Below, piece by piece: positions 13,470 to 25,980 of a stretch of 64,000 nt of DNA. Within the stretch, counting starts at the first letter, position 1, and each line of letters begins with the position of its first letter. Below the pieces are notes generated by a model. The model saw only the letters and a program-made list of their open reading frames with translations, did not search any database and was not told the DNA's origin. The stretch lies in contig NC_086097.1 in the NCBI RefSeq assembly GCF_963921235.1, positions 33,172,001-33,236,000 on the forward strand, written 5' to 3'. The position numbers and the translations under genes are program-made. The DNA comes from Mobula hypostoma (Eukaryota).

Positions 13470-16400
13470 CCATGAGTTACAGGGTCATAGAAGACTACAG
13501 CTTGGAAACAGGCCCTTTGGCCCATCCAGTCCATGCCAAACCATTTAAACCTAGTCCCATAAATTTGCACCCGTACCATAGCGCTCTATCCATGTACCTA
13601 TCCATGCTTCTCTTGAACATTGAAATCTAAATTACTTTTGATCTAAATCCATCACTTGCACTAGCAGCTCATTCCACACTCTCACCACCTTCTTGAATGA
13701 AGAAGTTTCCTCTCATGTTTCCTTTAAACATTTAACATTTCACCCTTAATCCATGACTTCTAGTTGTAGTCTCACACAACCTCAGTGGAAAAAGCCTGCT
13801 TGCATTTACCCAATCTATACCCCACATTATTTTGTATACCTCTACCAAATCTCCCCTCAACGTTCTAGCGATTAAAGTTCCAACCTATTCAATCTTTCCT
13901 TATGACTCAGGTCCTCCAGACTCAGCAATATCCTTGTAAATTTTCTCTGTACTCTTTCAGTCTTATTTATATTTTTCCTGTAGGTAGGTGACCAAAACTG
14001 CACACAGTACTCCAAATTAGGCCTTACCAACTTCTTATACAACTTCAACATAACATCTCAACTCCTGTACTCAGTACTTTGATCTAAGAAGGCCAATGTG
14101 TCAACAGGTTTCTTAATGACCCCATCTACCTGTATTGCCACTTTCAATGAATAATGGCCCTGTATTCCCAGATCTCTTTGTTCTGCCACATTCCTCAGTG
14201 CCTATCGCTCACTGTAAGACCTACCCTGGTTATGACCAACGAAAGTGCAACACCTCACACTTGTCTACATTAAATTCCATCTGCCATTTTCAGCCCATTT
14301 TTCCAGCTGATGAGATCCTGCTGCAATTTTTTGATAGCCTTCTCTGCTGTCCATTATACACCCAACCTTGGCGTCATCCTCAAATTTTCTGATCCAGTTA
14401 ACTACACTATCATCCAGATCGTTGATATGGTTGACAAACAACAATGGACCCAGCACTGAACCCAGCAGTACTCCACTAATCACAGGTCTCCACTCAGAGA
14501 GGCAACCATCTACTACTTCTCCCGCAGAGCCAATGTCTATTCCAATTTACTACCTCATCTTAAAGGCCAAGCAACTGAACCTTGTTGGCCAACGTCCCAT
14601 GCAGGACCATGCCATGCCTTGCTGAAGTTCACGTAGATAGCATGCATTGCCTTGCCATCATCAATGTTCCTGGTAACTTCCTCAAAAAACGGTATAAGAT
14701 TGGTTCGACATGATCTACCACGCACAAAGTCATGCTGACTATCTCTAATCAATCCTTGTCTATCCAAATACTCTTGGAATACCTTCCAATTACTTTCACG
14801 CTCTTCATGTCAGGTTCGCCAGCTTATAATGTCCTCGTTTATTTTCAGACCTTAAACAGTGGGACAGCATTAGCTATCCTCCAATCATCTGCTATCTCAC
14901 TTGTCACGGAGGATGATTTAAATATCTCTGCTAGGACTCCTGTAATTTCTGCACTAGCCTCCCACAAGTTCTGAGGGAACACTTTGCCAGTCTCTGGGGA
15001 TTTGTCTACCGTAATTTGCCTACAGTCAGCAAACACCTCCTCCTCTGTAATCTATAGGGTTCATGACTCACTTCTATAGACCCTGTGTCTGTCTCCTGAG
15101 TAAATACAACTTTTAAGATCTCCCCCATCTCTTTTAGTTCCATGCATAGATTACCATTCTGATCTTCCAGAGGACCAATTTGTCCCTTGCAATCCTTTTG
15201 CTGGTAAGATATCTGTAGAAGCCCTTAGGATTCTCCTTCAGTTTGTCCGTTGCAGCAACCTCATGTTTTCTTTTAGCCCTCTTGATTCCTTTCTTAAATG
15301 TTCTCTTGCATTTCTTATACTCCTCAAGTACTTCATTTGTTCCTATCTGCCTATACCTGCAAAGTACCTTCTTTTTTTTCCCTTAACCGGTGCCTCAATA
15401 TCACTCGAAAGCCTAGGTTCCCTAAACCTGTTATGCTTGCCTCTTATTCTGATAGGCACTTGCAAGCTTTGTACTCTCAAAATTTCACTTTTGAAGGCCT
15501 CCCACTTACCAAGCACTCCTTTGCTAGGAAGCAGCCTGTCCCAATCTACACCTGCCAGATCCTTTTGATACCAACAAAATTGGCCTTTCTCCAATTTAGA
15601 ATCTCAATCTGAGGACCAGACTTATCCTTTTCCATAATCACCTTGAAACTAATGGCATTATGATCACTAGATGCAAAGTGTTTCCCTACACAAACTTCTG
15701 TCACCTGTCGTCTCATTTTCTGATAGAAAATCAAGTACAGTATTGCACACTCTTTTGTTGGGACTTCTATGTACTGATTATGGAAACTTCACTGAATATA
15801 TTTGACAAACTCTACCTCATCTCGTCCTTTTACAGAATGGGAGTCCCAGTCAATATGTGGAAAGTTAAAGTCACCTACTATTACAACCTTATGTTTCTTG
15901 AAACAGTCTGCAATCACTCTACAAATTTGTTCCTCTAAATTCTGCCGACTGTTGGGTGGTCCATAATATAGCCCCATTAATGTGGTCATACCTTTCTTAT
16001 TTTTCTGTTACATGCATAAAACCTTACTGGATGAATTCCGCAGTCTGTCCTGACCGAGCACTGCCATGACTTTTTCCCTGACTAGTAATGCCACCCCTCT
16101 CCCTGTATTTCCTCCTGCTCTATCACATCTTAATCAACGGAACCCTGGGATATTGAGCTGCTAGTCCTGCCTCTCCCACAACCAAGTTTCACTAATGGCT
16201 ACAGTATCATAGTTCCATCTTTTGATCCATGCCCTGAGCTCATCTGCCTTTCCTGCAATACTTCTTGCACTGAAATATACGCAACTCAGGACATTAGTCG
16301 CACCGTGCTCAATCTTTTGCTTCCTGACTTTGTCAGAGGTCTTACCAACATTTGTCTCCACAACACTCTACTATCTGTTCTGGCACTCTGGTTCCCATCC

Positions 16401-17455
16401 CCCAGAACACTAGTTTAAATCTATCCCCCACCCCCTCCACCCCCATGCAGTACTAGCAAACCTTCCTATTGGTATATTAGTTCCCCTCCAGTTTAGGTGC
16501 ATATTGTCTCTTCTAAACAGGTCCCACCTACCCAGGAAGAGAACCCAATGATCCAAAATTCTGAAGCCCTCCCTGCTATACCAACTCCTTAGCCACGTGT
16601 TAAGCTGTATGATCTTCCTGTTTCTGACCTCAATAGCATGTGGCACGGGTAGCAATCCTGAGATCACAACCCTGGAGGTCCTGTCCATTAATTTAGCAGC
16701 TAATGCCCTGAACTCACTTTGCAGAACTCTGTTCCTCTTCCTACCTATGCATTGGTACTGATGTGGATCACGACCTCTGGCTGTTCACCCTCCCACTTAA
16801 GATTGCTGAGGCAACATACCAGCTGGGAACATACCATTTGCACCCACAGAACTCCTTTCTGTTCTCCTAACTAACAAATTTGCTATCAATTCCACTCATC
16901 TCTACCCTTCCCTCTGGGCCACACAGCCAGACTCAGTGCCAGAGACCTGACAGTTGTGACTTTCCTCTGCTAGGTCATACCCCCAACAATACCTAAAATG
17001 GTGTACCTTTTGTTGAGGGGGATGTCCACCGGGGTACTCTGCACTGGCTGTTTAATTCCTTTCACCTTCCTGACAGTCACCTAATTTTCCAAGTCCTTCA
17101 CTTTGGGTGTAAATACCTCTCCATATGTCCTATCTATCACCCCCTCAGCCTCCCACATGATCCAGAGTTCATCCAGTTTCAGCTCCAACTCCTTAATGTG
17201 GAGTGTTAGAAGCTGCAGCTGGGCACACTTCTTGCAGGTGAAGTTGTCTGAGAAGCTGGAGGTCCCCCTGCCTTCCCACATCCTGCAAGAGGAGCATTCA
17301 ACTATCCTGCATGGCATCCCTACTGCTCTAACTGTTTTAATTATAAAGAAGGAAACAAATAAACTGAAAGAGATAAATCTATCTACAGCTTTTTGCCTTC
17401 TCTCACTGAAGCCTCGAGGAGCTAAGGCCTCAAAATCCCCACTCTAACACTGCTA
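13470..17455 (-). mobile_element. Near full-length CR1/HER1 LINE (ORF1 zinc-finger + SGNH esterase; ORF2 APE-RT), decayed and internally deleted
   Basis: ORF1: VECSSCRMWE...FTCKKCAQLQLL (17081-17317) and SRVVISGLLPVP...DNMHLNWRG (16410-16688). APE: AISETWL, VVIVGDFNFPHIDW, SSDHNAISF. RT: DDWRIANAVPLFK, SQHDFVRGRSCRTNLI, GSVLGPLLF, KFEDDAKV. Many frameshifts and stops. Confidence 0.9.
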
Positions 17456-18754
17456 AACACTAACGAAGAACCAGCCAGTAGAACAGTAGTCAGCCTGTAT
17501 GTGGCCTGTCCTGCCAAACCTGTTCAAAGTTAAAGTTGAGTTTATGGTCATATGCCCAAGTACACGTGTGCTCAGGTGCAAATAAAAACTTATTGCAGCA
17601 GCATCACGCTCCCATAGCATCATGTAAACAGCATTGACATGCAAATCATAAATTATACACAATTTTTACAATAATGACAACTAGAATAAAAGAAATAATC
17701 CACTTTAGTGCAAGGGGGTCAGTGGTCAGAGTGTTGCTAAAATCTTGTGTTTAGGGTTTTGTCAGTTGGCTCGAGAACTGAATGATCAGAATCAGGCTTA
17801 TTAGCAATGTCTTATATGACATGGAATTCTTTTTTTGGTCGCAGCAGTACAATGCGAGGGCATTAAATCGCTATGAAATGCAAAATAAATAGTGCAAAAA
17901 AAAGGAATAATGAGAGTGTTTATGGATTTATGGGTCATTCAGAAATCTAATGGCAGAAGGGAAATGCTGTTTCTGAGTTGAGTTTGAGCCTTCATGCTCC
18001 TGTACCACCTCCCTGATGGTTGTAACGAGACAAGAACTTGTCCTGGATAGTGAGTGTCTTAGTATTGGATGCCACCTTGAAGGGAAGTAGCTGTTTCTGG
18101 TGATGTGGAACTTCAGGCTTCTGTATCTCCTGCCTGATGGTAGCTGATGGGGATCTTTGCTGATGGATGTGCCTTCTTGACGCAGCAAGACGAAGGTACC
18201 ATCGATGGTGGGGAGGGATGTGACCATGATAGATTGGGCTGAGTCCAATACTCTACACAGCTTCTTGCATTACTGTGCACAAGATTTCCATTATGTGCTG
18301 CATTAAATACTCACTGAATTTTGCCTCTGAGTGGCAATGTTGGATGACTTGTGTGTCTAGCTGGGGACTTGCACACTCTTCCTGGCCCTTTTTTATTTAA
18401 GTATTTCAGATATGAATTTCAATTGAGGAGAATCTCGTAGATGTCCAAACATTGACCGTAGATTGACCAAAGATTCACACAACTCATGATCTAGATTCAC
18501 TTCGGAGAAGCTCAGAAAATGACCTCAAATTGCCCTTTCTTGAAACTTAATTTGTTTGCAGGATATAGACAGGATTAATAAAGTGATTACTTACTGTCCA
18601 CAAGCTCAGGCATCTGAGTTGACTGCTGATTATTTGGCCCTTAACTTCAGATTCAGATTTATTTATTACATGTACATGGAAACCTACAGTAAAGTGTTTT
18701 GTTTGCTTTAACCCAAGGTTGTGATAGGGCAGCCTGCAAGTGTAGCCACACATT

Positions 18755-19666
18755 CATAGTCGTAGTCATACTTTATTGATCCTGGGGGAAATTGGTTTTC
18801 GTTACAGTTGCACCATAAATAATTAAATAGTAATAAAACCATAAATAGTTAAATAGTAATATGTAAATTATGCCAGGAAATAAGTCCAGGACCAGCCTAT
18901 TGGCTCAGGGTGTCTGACCCTCCAAGGGAGGAGTTGTAAAGTTTGATGGCCACAGGCAGGAATGGCTTCCTATGACGCTCTGTGTTGCATCTCGGTGGAA
19001 TGAGTCTCTGGCTGAATGTATTCCTGTGCCCACCCAGTACATTATGTAGTGGATGGGAGACATTGTCCAAAATGGCATGCAACTTGGACAGCATCCTCTT
19101 TTCAGACACCACCGTCAGAGAGTCCAGTTCCATCCCCACAACATCACTGGCCTTACGAATGAATTTGTTGATTCTGTTGGTGTCCGCTACCCTCAGCCTG
19201 CTGCCCCAGCACACAACAGCAAACATGATAGCACTGGCCACCACAGACTCGTAGAACATCCTCAGCATCGTCCGGCAGATGTTGAAGGACCTCAGTCTCC
19301 TCAGGAAATAGAGACGGCTCTGACTCTTCTTGTAGACAGCCTCAGTGTTCTTTGACCAGTCCAGTTTATTGTCAATTCGTATCCCCGGGTATTTGTAATC
19401 CTCCACCATGTCCACACTGACCCCCTGGATGGAAACAGGGGTCGCCGGTACCTTAGCTCTCCTCAGGTCTACCACCAGCTCCTTAGTCTTTTTCACATTA
19501 AGCTGCAGATAATTCTGCTCACACCATGTGACGAAGTTTCCTACCGTAGCCCTGTACTCAGCCTCATCTCCCTTGCTGATGCATCCAACTATGGCAGAGT
19601 CATCAGAAAACTTCTGAAGATGACAAGACTCCGTGCAGTAGTTGAAGTCTGAGGTGTAAATGGTGA
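18755..19666 (-). mobile_element. Young 5'-truncated Rex1/Babar LINE
   Basis: Uninterrupted frame from ~19664 to the stop at 18897: TIYTSDF...QKFSDDSAIVG...LNVKKTKELVVD...SRLYFLRRLRSF...PFLPVAIKLYN. It has an AATAAA plus short-repeat tail and is inserted into a SINE-like tail. Confidence 0.85.
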
Positions 19667-20517
19667 CACAGTGCTAATATAGCTTGCCCACATTGCTCAG
19701 CAGAACAACACATACGTTAACAACTGCAACGACAAAGAACAAAACAAGATGACAGCAAAGCAAGCCCCTTTCTCACCCACCCCATCACAAACACAGACAG
19801 GCCTCCAACCCCAGGGCAGGCTGCCCCTAGACCTCCAGTTCTTAGCTCTGAACTCTCCGACTGGCTGACATTAGGTCTTCAACCTCCAGTCCCTGGTCTG
19901 GACTCACATTTTCAACCTCCAGGCCTCTATGTTGCTTAATATCATCCTCAACTTACAGAAATGACTTGGACTTGGGAAACTAGGGTGAAAGAAGTTTACA
20001 TGGCAATTGCTGTGCGATGTTGACTTGTTGTATAAAAGTTTCCACCTGTGCTAGGCCCCCCAACCACCCACCACAATTTTCTCACCCCTTAGTGATGATG
20101 GTTATGAAAACAGGTAGAGATGTGGCACTACATGGCTCTTTTTTTCTGCTCTGTAGTTAATCTCTGAGACCCTAATACAGCATCCATTAATGGATTGTGG
20201 CCCAGACATGCCAACCTCAGGCATAATAATGTGCAGCTAAAATGCTGTTGACACAGCCTGCCCCATTGCTCCTCATTTTCTTCCAGTAGCTGGGAGTTAA
20301 AGATGGGATGAACTTCTGCCTGGAATCCTGCCATTCCTGTGATTTTGGAAGTCCCAACATGGAGGTGGGATTCTAGCGCTGTGATCCATATCAGGAAAGC
20401 ATACAGCTTAGAGAGGTATCTCTGTGCAACAGATCTGGGCATTTGTTCTGTGTGTCTTGTCCCTCTACAGCCGGCTGTGTAAAATTATCTCCACTCTGCA
20501 GGCTATTGACATAACCA

Positions 20518-21445
20518 TAAACACAAAAGATTCTGCAGATGCTGGAAATCCAGAGCAGCACACAAAAAATCTGGAGGAACTCAGCAAGGCGGGCAGCATC
20601 TGTGGAAGGAAATCAGCAGTCAACATTTCTGGGCAAGACCCTTCATCGGGAATGGAAAGGATGGGTGCAGAAGCCAGAATAATAAGGTGGGGGCAGGGGA
20701 ATGAGTACAAGCTGGCAAGTGATAGGTGAGCATACCTTATGAGAATAGGTTGAGTGAATTTGGCCTTTTCTGCTTGGAGCGGCGGAGGATGAGAGGTGAC
20801 CTGATAGAGGTGTATAAGATGATGAGAGGCATTGATCGTGTGGATAGTCAGAGGCTTTTTCCCAGGGCTGAGATGGCTAGCACGAGAGGGCACAGTTTTA
20901 AGGTGCTTGGAAGTAGATACAGAGGAGATGTTGGGGATAAGTTTTTTTACGCAGAGAGTGGTGAGTGCGTGGAATGGGCTGCCGGTGATGGTGGTGGAGG
21001 CGGATACGATAGGGTCTTTTAAGAGACTCCTGGATAGGTACATGGAGCTTAGAAAAATAGAGGGCTATGGGTAAGTCTAGTAATTTCTAAAGTACGTGTT
21101 CGGCGCAGCATTGTGGGCCGAAGGGCTTGTGTTGTGCTGCAGGTTTTCTATGTTTCTATGAGACCAAGTGAGGAGGAAGGTGGGTGGAGGAGAGGGGATG
21201 AAGTAAGAAGGTAGGAGGTGACAGTTGGAAAAGGTATTGAGATGAAGAAGAAAGCATCTGATAGGAGAGGAGAGTGGACCATCGGAGAAAGTGAAGGTGG
21301 AGGGGGCTCAGAGGGAGGTGAGGAGAAGAGAAGGCATAAGAGGGGAACAGCAATGGAAAAAGAGAGAAGGAGGGAGGGGAGAGTAATTCATGACATTAAG
21401 GAAATCAATGTTCATGCCATCAGTCTGGAGGCTGCCCAGACGTGA
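20518..21445 (-). mobile_element. Penelope-like pseudo-LTR fragment interrupted by a + strand CR1 3' end (~20730-21160)
   Basis: pLTR tail AAACACAAAAGATTCTGCAGATGCTGG and a decayed hammerhead at ~20617-20652. The CR1 ORF reads ERRRMRGDLIEVYKMMRGIDRVD. The PLE sequence resumes after TGAG at ~21159. Confidence 0.75.
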
Positions 21446-21603
21446 GCTCGATGCTGTTGATGTGGACTGTCACCAGCGGTCTGTCGCATGAGTGTTTCAT
21501 TGGTTAATATTGACTGGGAAGTGCAGGGTGGGAGTTGCTCCATTAGCTGCAGTGTAGAATGCACTAGCCCAGACTCATTCTGTGGCCTTGTCTCTCTTTT
21601 CAG

Positions 21604-21791
21604 GCTTGGGAACCCGATGTACTCTGCGACAGAGACCACTCACAGCTGGTGTGAGGGAAGGGGATAAGCGACATTCTCTCTTTGAAAGTTTGAACAATGA
21701 TGCCATCTCCACTGTGCTACAGCGCCTGACAGCCAAACAGAACCCTCAGCCGTACTCATCATACTCGCACCTCAGCCTCCTGACGCAGCAT
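21604..21791 (+). CDS. TTLL5: TTLL5 exon (receptor-interaction region)
   Basis: Acceptor ctcttttcag|GC and donor CAT|gtgagt; 188 nt, phase 1-0. Encodes ...NNDAISTVLQRLTAKQNPQPYSSYSHLSLLTQH, matching recalled '[33 protein letters not shown]'. Confidence 0.9.
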
Positions 21792-21938
21792 GTGAGTAAT
21801 GGCCAGCCTGAAGCTCAATGTTGTTGCTAAACCTGATCCTCGGCAAGTCTGACAAAGGGTCAAGTCCCAGCCAAACACACAAATTCAACTGCAAGTGACA
21901 AGCTTTACCATTCCAGAGTCTGCTTCTCCAATGGAGAA

Positions 21939-22223
21939 CGGTACCAGTGGAGACAGGTCTGTCAGTGTATAACAGCGGGGTATAGTACCAGTGGGGACTG
22001 GTCACTCACCATATAACATCAGAGAACAGTGCCAGTGGGGATGGGTCTGTCACTGTATAACACTGGGCTACAGTACCAGTGGGGATATGTCTGCCACTGT
22101 ATAACACTGGAGTACAGTACTGATGGGGATGGGTCTGTCACTGTATAATACTGGGTTACAGTACCAGTGGGGACGTGTCTGTCACTGCATATAACACCAG
22201 GATATGGTACCGGTGGGGACAGG
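21939..22223. repeat. 44-bp minisatellite, ~6.5 copies
   Basis: Units start at 21939, 21983, 22027, 22071, 22115, 22159 and 22205. Consensus ~CAGTACCAGTGGGGATGGGTCTGTCACTGTATAACACTGGGGTA. Confidence 0.9.
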
Positions 22224-24155
22224 TTGTTCTCTGTGGATGAAAAAGGACTGAAGGGAGATTTACTTGAATAGCCACCATACTCAAAGACAGTTTTTATCCC
22301 ACTGTTATCACACTCTTAGACAAACCTCATAAGATAAAATAGACTCTTAACCTGACAATCTAACTCATTATAATTATGCACTTTATTGTTTGTCTGCATG
22401 GCACTTTCTCTGTAGCTTTTACACTTCGTTCTGCACTCTATTACTGTTTTGCCTTTTAATACCCCAGTGCACTGTGTATGGATCTTAACTCTGTAGATAA
22501 TGTGCAATATGAACTTCTCACTGTATCTTGGTACATACGACAATTAACAAACCAGCACCAATACCGAAAGGTAAAACATGTGAATTATTGATTGGATAAA
22601 CAGAGAGGATTCATTTCCCTTGACAGAGCTCAATAACTGAGAAAATGGATTTTAATGTAATTGAGCGAAGAATTAGAGAGGAGTGAAAGATTTTCTTTTT
22701 CCCAGAGATATTGGGAACCTGGAAACATCTGCTCAAAAAGCAGTTGGGGAAAATTTACCTGATGTGCCCATGAAGAGCCCAAGCCTACAGGGCTACAGAT
22801 CCAGAAATGAGAAATCAAGTAACCAATTCTTGGGCTAGTATGGACATGACAGGCCAGAATAGTTCCATTCTCTGCTTTTTATCTCTATGAATCTGTGCTC
22901 ACTCACTGGCAGACCGCCAGATGTTTCCAAGATTTCCTGTTTTCCTTCCACCACTCAGAGAGAAGCTGGAATCTTTCTGAGTTACTCAACATTTTATTTT
23001 TATGAAAAAGATTCTTTCGGCTTTTTGAGTATCTCGTTTGCTTATGCAATAATTTAAAACAACAGTTGTGACCCAGTTTTCTTTGGGAAGTTTTGAATTG
23101 AAGCTGGACGGCAGCCAGTGGTGCAGACCACATCCCAGTGGGACTGGCACTCTTCCCCTCTCCCAGCCAGTGCAAGCTGGAGCTTCTTATGTCCCATCCC
23201 ACGTGGTTTCAAACCTCTGGCACTGGACAATGCTTGAGGCCAAGCCATTCTGCTTTAGCTCACCAGTTCATGACATTGGTGATGAAGCTGAGCTGGGGTT
23301 GTGGAGTGAGGCTGATTCACAGCAGCCATTCAACAAAATACTCACTGCTTCTGCGGGTCTGAGTGGTAGTTCTTTACTAGTTTTGTGGCCCACTTGCTTG
23401 AGACTGTGTCACACATGCCAGGGGAAATGCTAGCTCTCTGCTTGCTGGCTGAACCTGACATGTACAATGTTCAACCAGTCAACAACGCCCTTGTTTTGAG
23501 GTGGATTCACCTGCTGTTGCTCCCTGCAAGAGACTTACAAACGACATTTGGACAGATATTATACTGCACATATATGGGCACCAAATGCTATCATTTAGAT
23601 AACTTAGAACATAAAACATTACAGGCTCTTCGGCCCACAATGTTGTGCCGAGCTTTTAAGCTATTCAAAGATTAATCTAACCATTCCTTCCTACCTAACC
23701 CTCCCTTCCTGCCTAACCCTCTATTTTTCTGTCCTCCTCCTGCCTATCTAAAAGCTTTCTAAATGCCCCTAATGTTTCTGTAATTTGGACAACATGAATG
23801 TTTTGGATCGAAGGATGTGTTTTGCATGCTTCGTGACTCTCAGTCACTAACCAGTGACTTCCGCTATCATGACCAGTAGGGGTCAAAGTTTATCAAAGTC
23901 TAGTTTATTATCATATCCACAAGTAGATGTATGCACAAGTGCAATGAAAAGCTTACCTGCAGCAGTATCACAAGCACATTGCATCATGTAAGCAGCAGTC
24001 ACAAGAAAAACAAACATGAATTCTGCAGACTTTTGTTTTACAAAGAAGAAATTAGAACAAGAAAAGCAAAATCCATTTTAGTATAAGGTTAGATTAGATT
24101 CAACTTTATTGTCATTGTGCCGAGTACAGTTACAAGGCCAATGAAATGCATTTAG

Positions 24156-25980
24156 TTGCTGGTGAACGCAGCAGGCCAGGCAGCATCTCTAGGAAGAGGT
24201 ACAGTCGATGTTTTAGGCCGAGACCCTTCATCAGGACTAACTGAAGGAAGAGCTAGTAAGAGATTTGAAAGTGGGAAGGGGAGGGGGAGATCCAAAATGG
24301 TAGGAGAAGACAGGAGGGGGAGGGATGGAGCCAAGAGCTGGACAGGTGATTGGCAAAAGGGATATGAGAGGATCATGGGACAGGAGGCCTAGGGAGAAAG
24401 AAAGGGGTATGGGCAGAGGATGGGCAAGAGTTATAGTGAGAAGGACAGAGGGAGAAAAAGGAGAGAGAGAAAAAGAATGTGTGTATATAAATAAATAAAT
24501 AACAAATGGGGTACGAGGGGGAAGTAGGGCATTACTGGAAGTTTGAGAAGTCAATGTTCATGCCATCAGGTTGGAATCTACCCAGACGGAATATAAGGTG
24601 TTGTTCCTCCAACCTGAGTGTGGCTTCATCTTTACAGTAGAGGAGGCTGTGGATAGACATATCAGAATGGGAATGGGACGTGGAATTAAAACGTGTGGCC
24701 ACTGGGAGATCCTGCTTTCTCTGGGGGACAGAATGTAGGTGTTCAGTGAAACGATCTCCCAATCTGCGTCGGGTCTCGCCGATATATAGAAGGCTGCATC
24801 GGGAGCACCGTACACAGTATATCACCCCAGCCGACTCACAGGTGAAGTGTCGCCTCACCTGGAAGGACTGTCTGGGGCCCTGAATGGTAGTGAGGGAGGA
24901 AGTGTAAGGCCATGTCTAGCACTTGTTCCGCTTACAAGGATAAGTGCCGGGAGGGAGATCGGTTGGGAGGGATGGGGGGGAGCAAATGGACAAGGGAGTC
25001 ACGTAGGGAGCGATCCCTGCGGAAAGCAGAGGGGGGGGGAGGGAAAGATGTGCTTAATGGTGGGATCCCGTTGGAGTTGGCGGACCCGGAAGCTGGTGGG
25101 GTGGTAGGTGAGGACAAGGGGAACCCTATTCCTAATGGGGTGGTGGGAGGATGGAGTGAGAGCAGATGTGCGTGAAATGGGGGAGATGCGTTTGAGAGCA
25201 GAGTTCATGGTGGAGGAAGGGAAGCCCCTTTCTTTAAAAAAGGGAGGAAATCTCCTTCGGCATATACTGCATCCAGTGCTCCCGATGCGGCCTTCTATAT
25301 ATTGGCGAGACCCGACGCAGACTTGGAGATCATTTCGCTGAACACCTATGCTCTGTCCACCAGAGAAAGCCGGATCTCCCAGTGGCCACATATTTTAATT
25401 CCACGTCCCATTCCCATTCTGATATGTCTATCCACGGCCTCCTCTACTGTAAAGATAAAGCCACACTCAGGTTGGAGGAACAACACCTTATATTCCGTCT
25501 GGGTAGCCTCCAACCTGAAGGCATGAACTTTGACTTCTCAAACTTCCACTAATGCCCCACCTCCCCCTCGTACCTCATCCGTTTTTATTTATTTATTTAT
25601 ATACACAGATTCTTTTTCTCTCCTTTTTCTCCCTCTGTCCTTCTCACTATACCCCTTGCCCATCCTCTGCCCATCCCCCTTTCTTTCTCCCTCAGCCTCC
25701 TGTCCCATGATCCTCTCATATCCCTTTTGACAATCACCTGTCCAGCTCTTGGCTCCATCCCTCGCTCTCCTGTCTTCTCCTATCATTTCGGATCTCCCCC
25801 TCCCCCTCCCACTTTCAAATCTCTTACTAGCTCTTCTTTCAGTTAGTCCTGATGAAGGGTTTGGGCCCGAAACGTCGACTGTACCTCTTCCTAGAGATGC
25901 TGCCTGGCCTGCTGCGTTCACCAGCAACTTTTATGTGTGTTGCTTGAAATTCTAGCATCTGCAGATTTCCTCGTGTTTGC
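24156..25980. mobile_element. Penelope-like element (Neptune-type), two inverted partial copies
   Basis: Minus copy 24156-~25250 carries GIY-YIG (GVIYCVRCSRCSLLYIGETRRRLGDRFTEH); plus copy is ~25262-25980. The arms 24156-24822 and 25262-25930 are inverted repeats. 13-bp TSD GAAATGCATTTAG at 24143-24155 and 25981-25993. Confidence 0.92.
25840..25881 (+). ncRNA. Minimal type I hammerhead ribozyme in PLE pseudo-LTR (intact core)
   Basis: CAGTTAGTC-CTGATGA-A-GGGT(TTGG)GCCC-GAAA-CGTC^GACTG. Stem I is UAGUC/GACUG, the CUGANGA and GAAA core is intact, stem II has 4 bp, stem III is the palindromic ACGU, and the cleavage triplet is GUC. Confidence 0.8.

Noticed and set aside
24152..25955. Recurrent ORFs such as MLVNAAGQAASLGRGTVDV and MILSYPFCQSPVQLLAP as a small gene family
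   Set aside because: They are spurious translations of the non-coding pseudo-LTR repeated across PLE copies.
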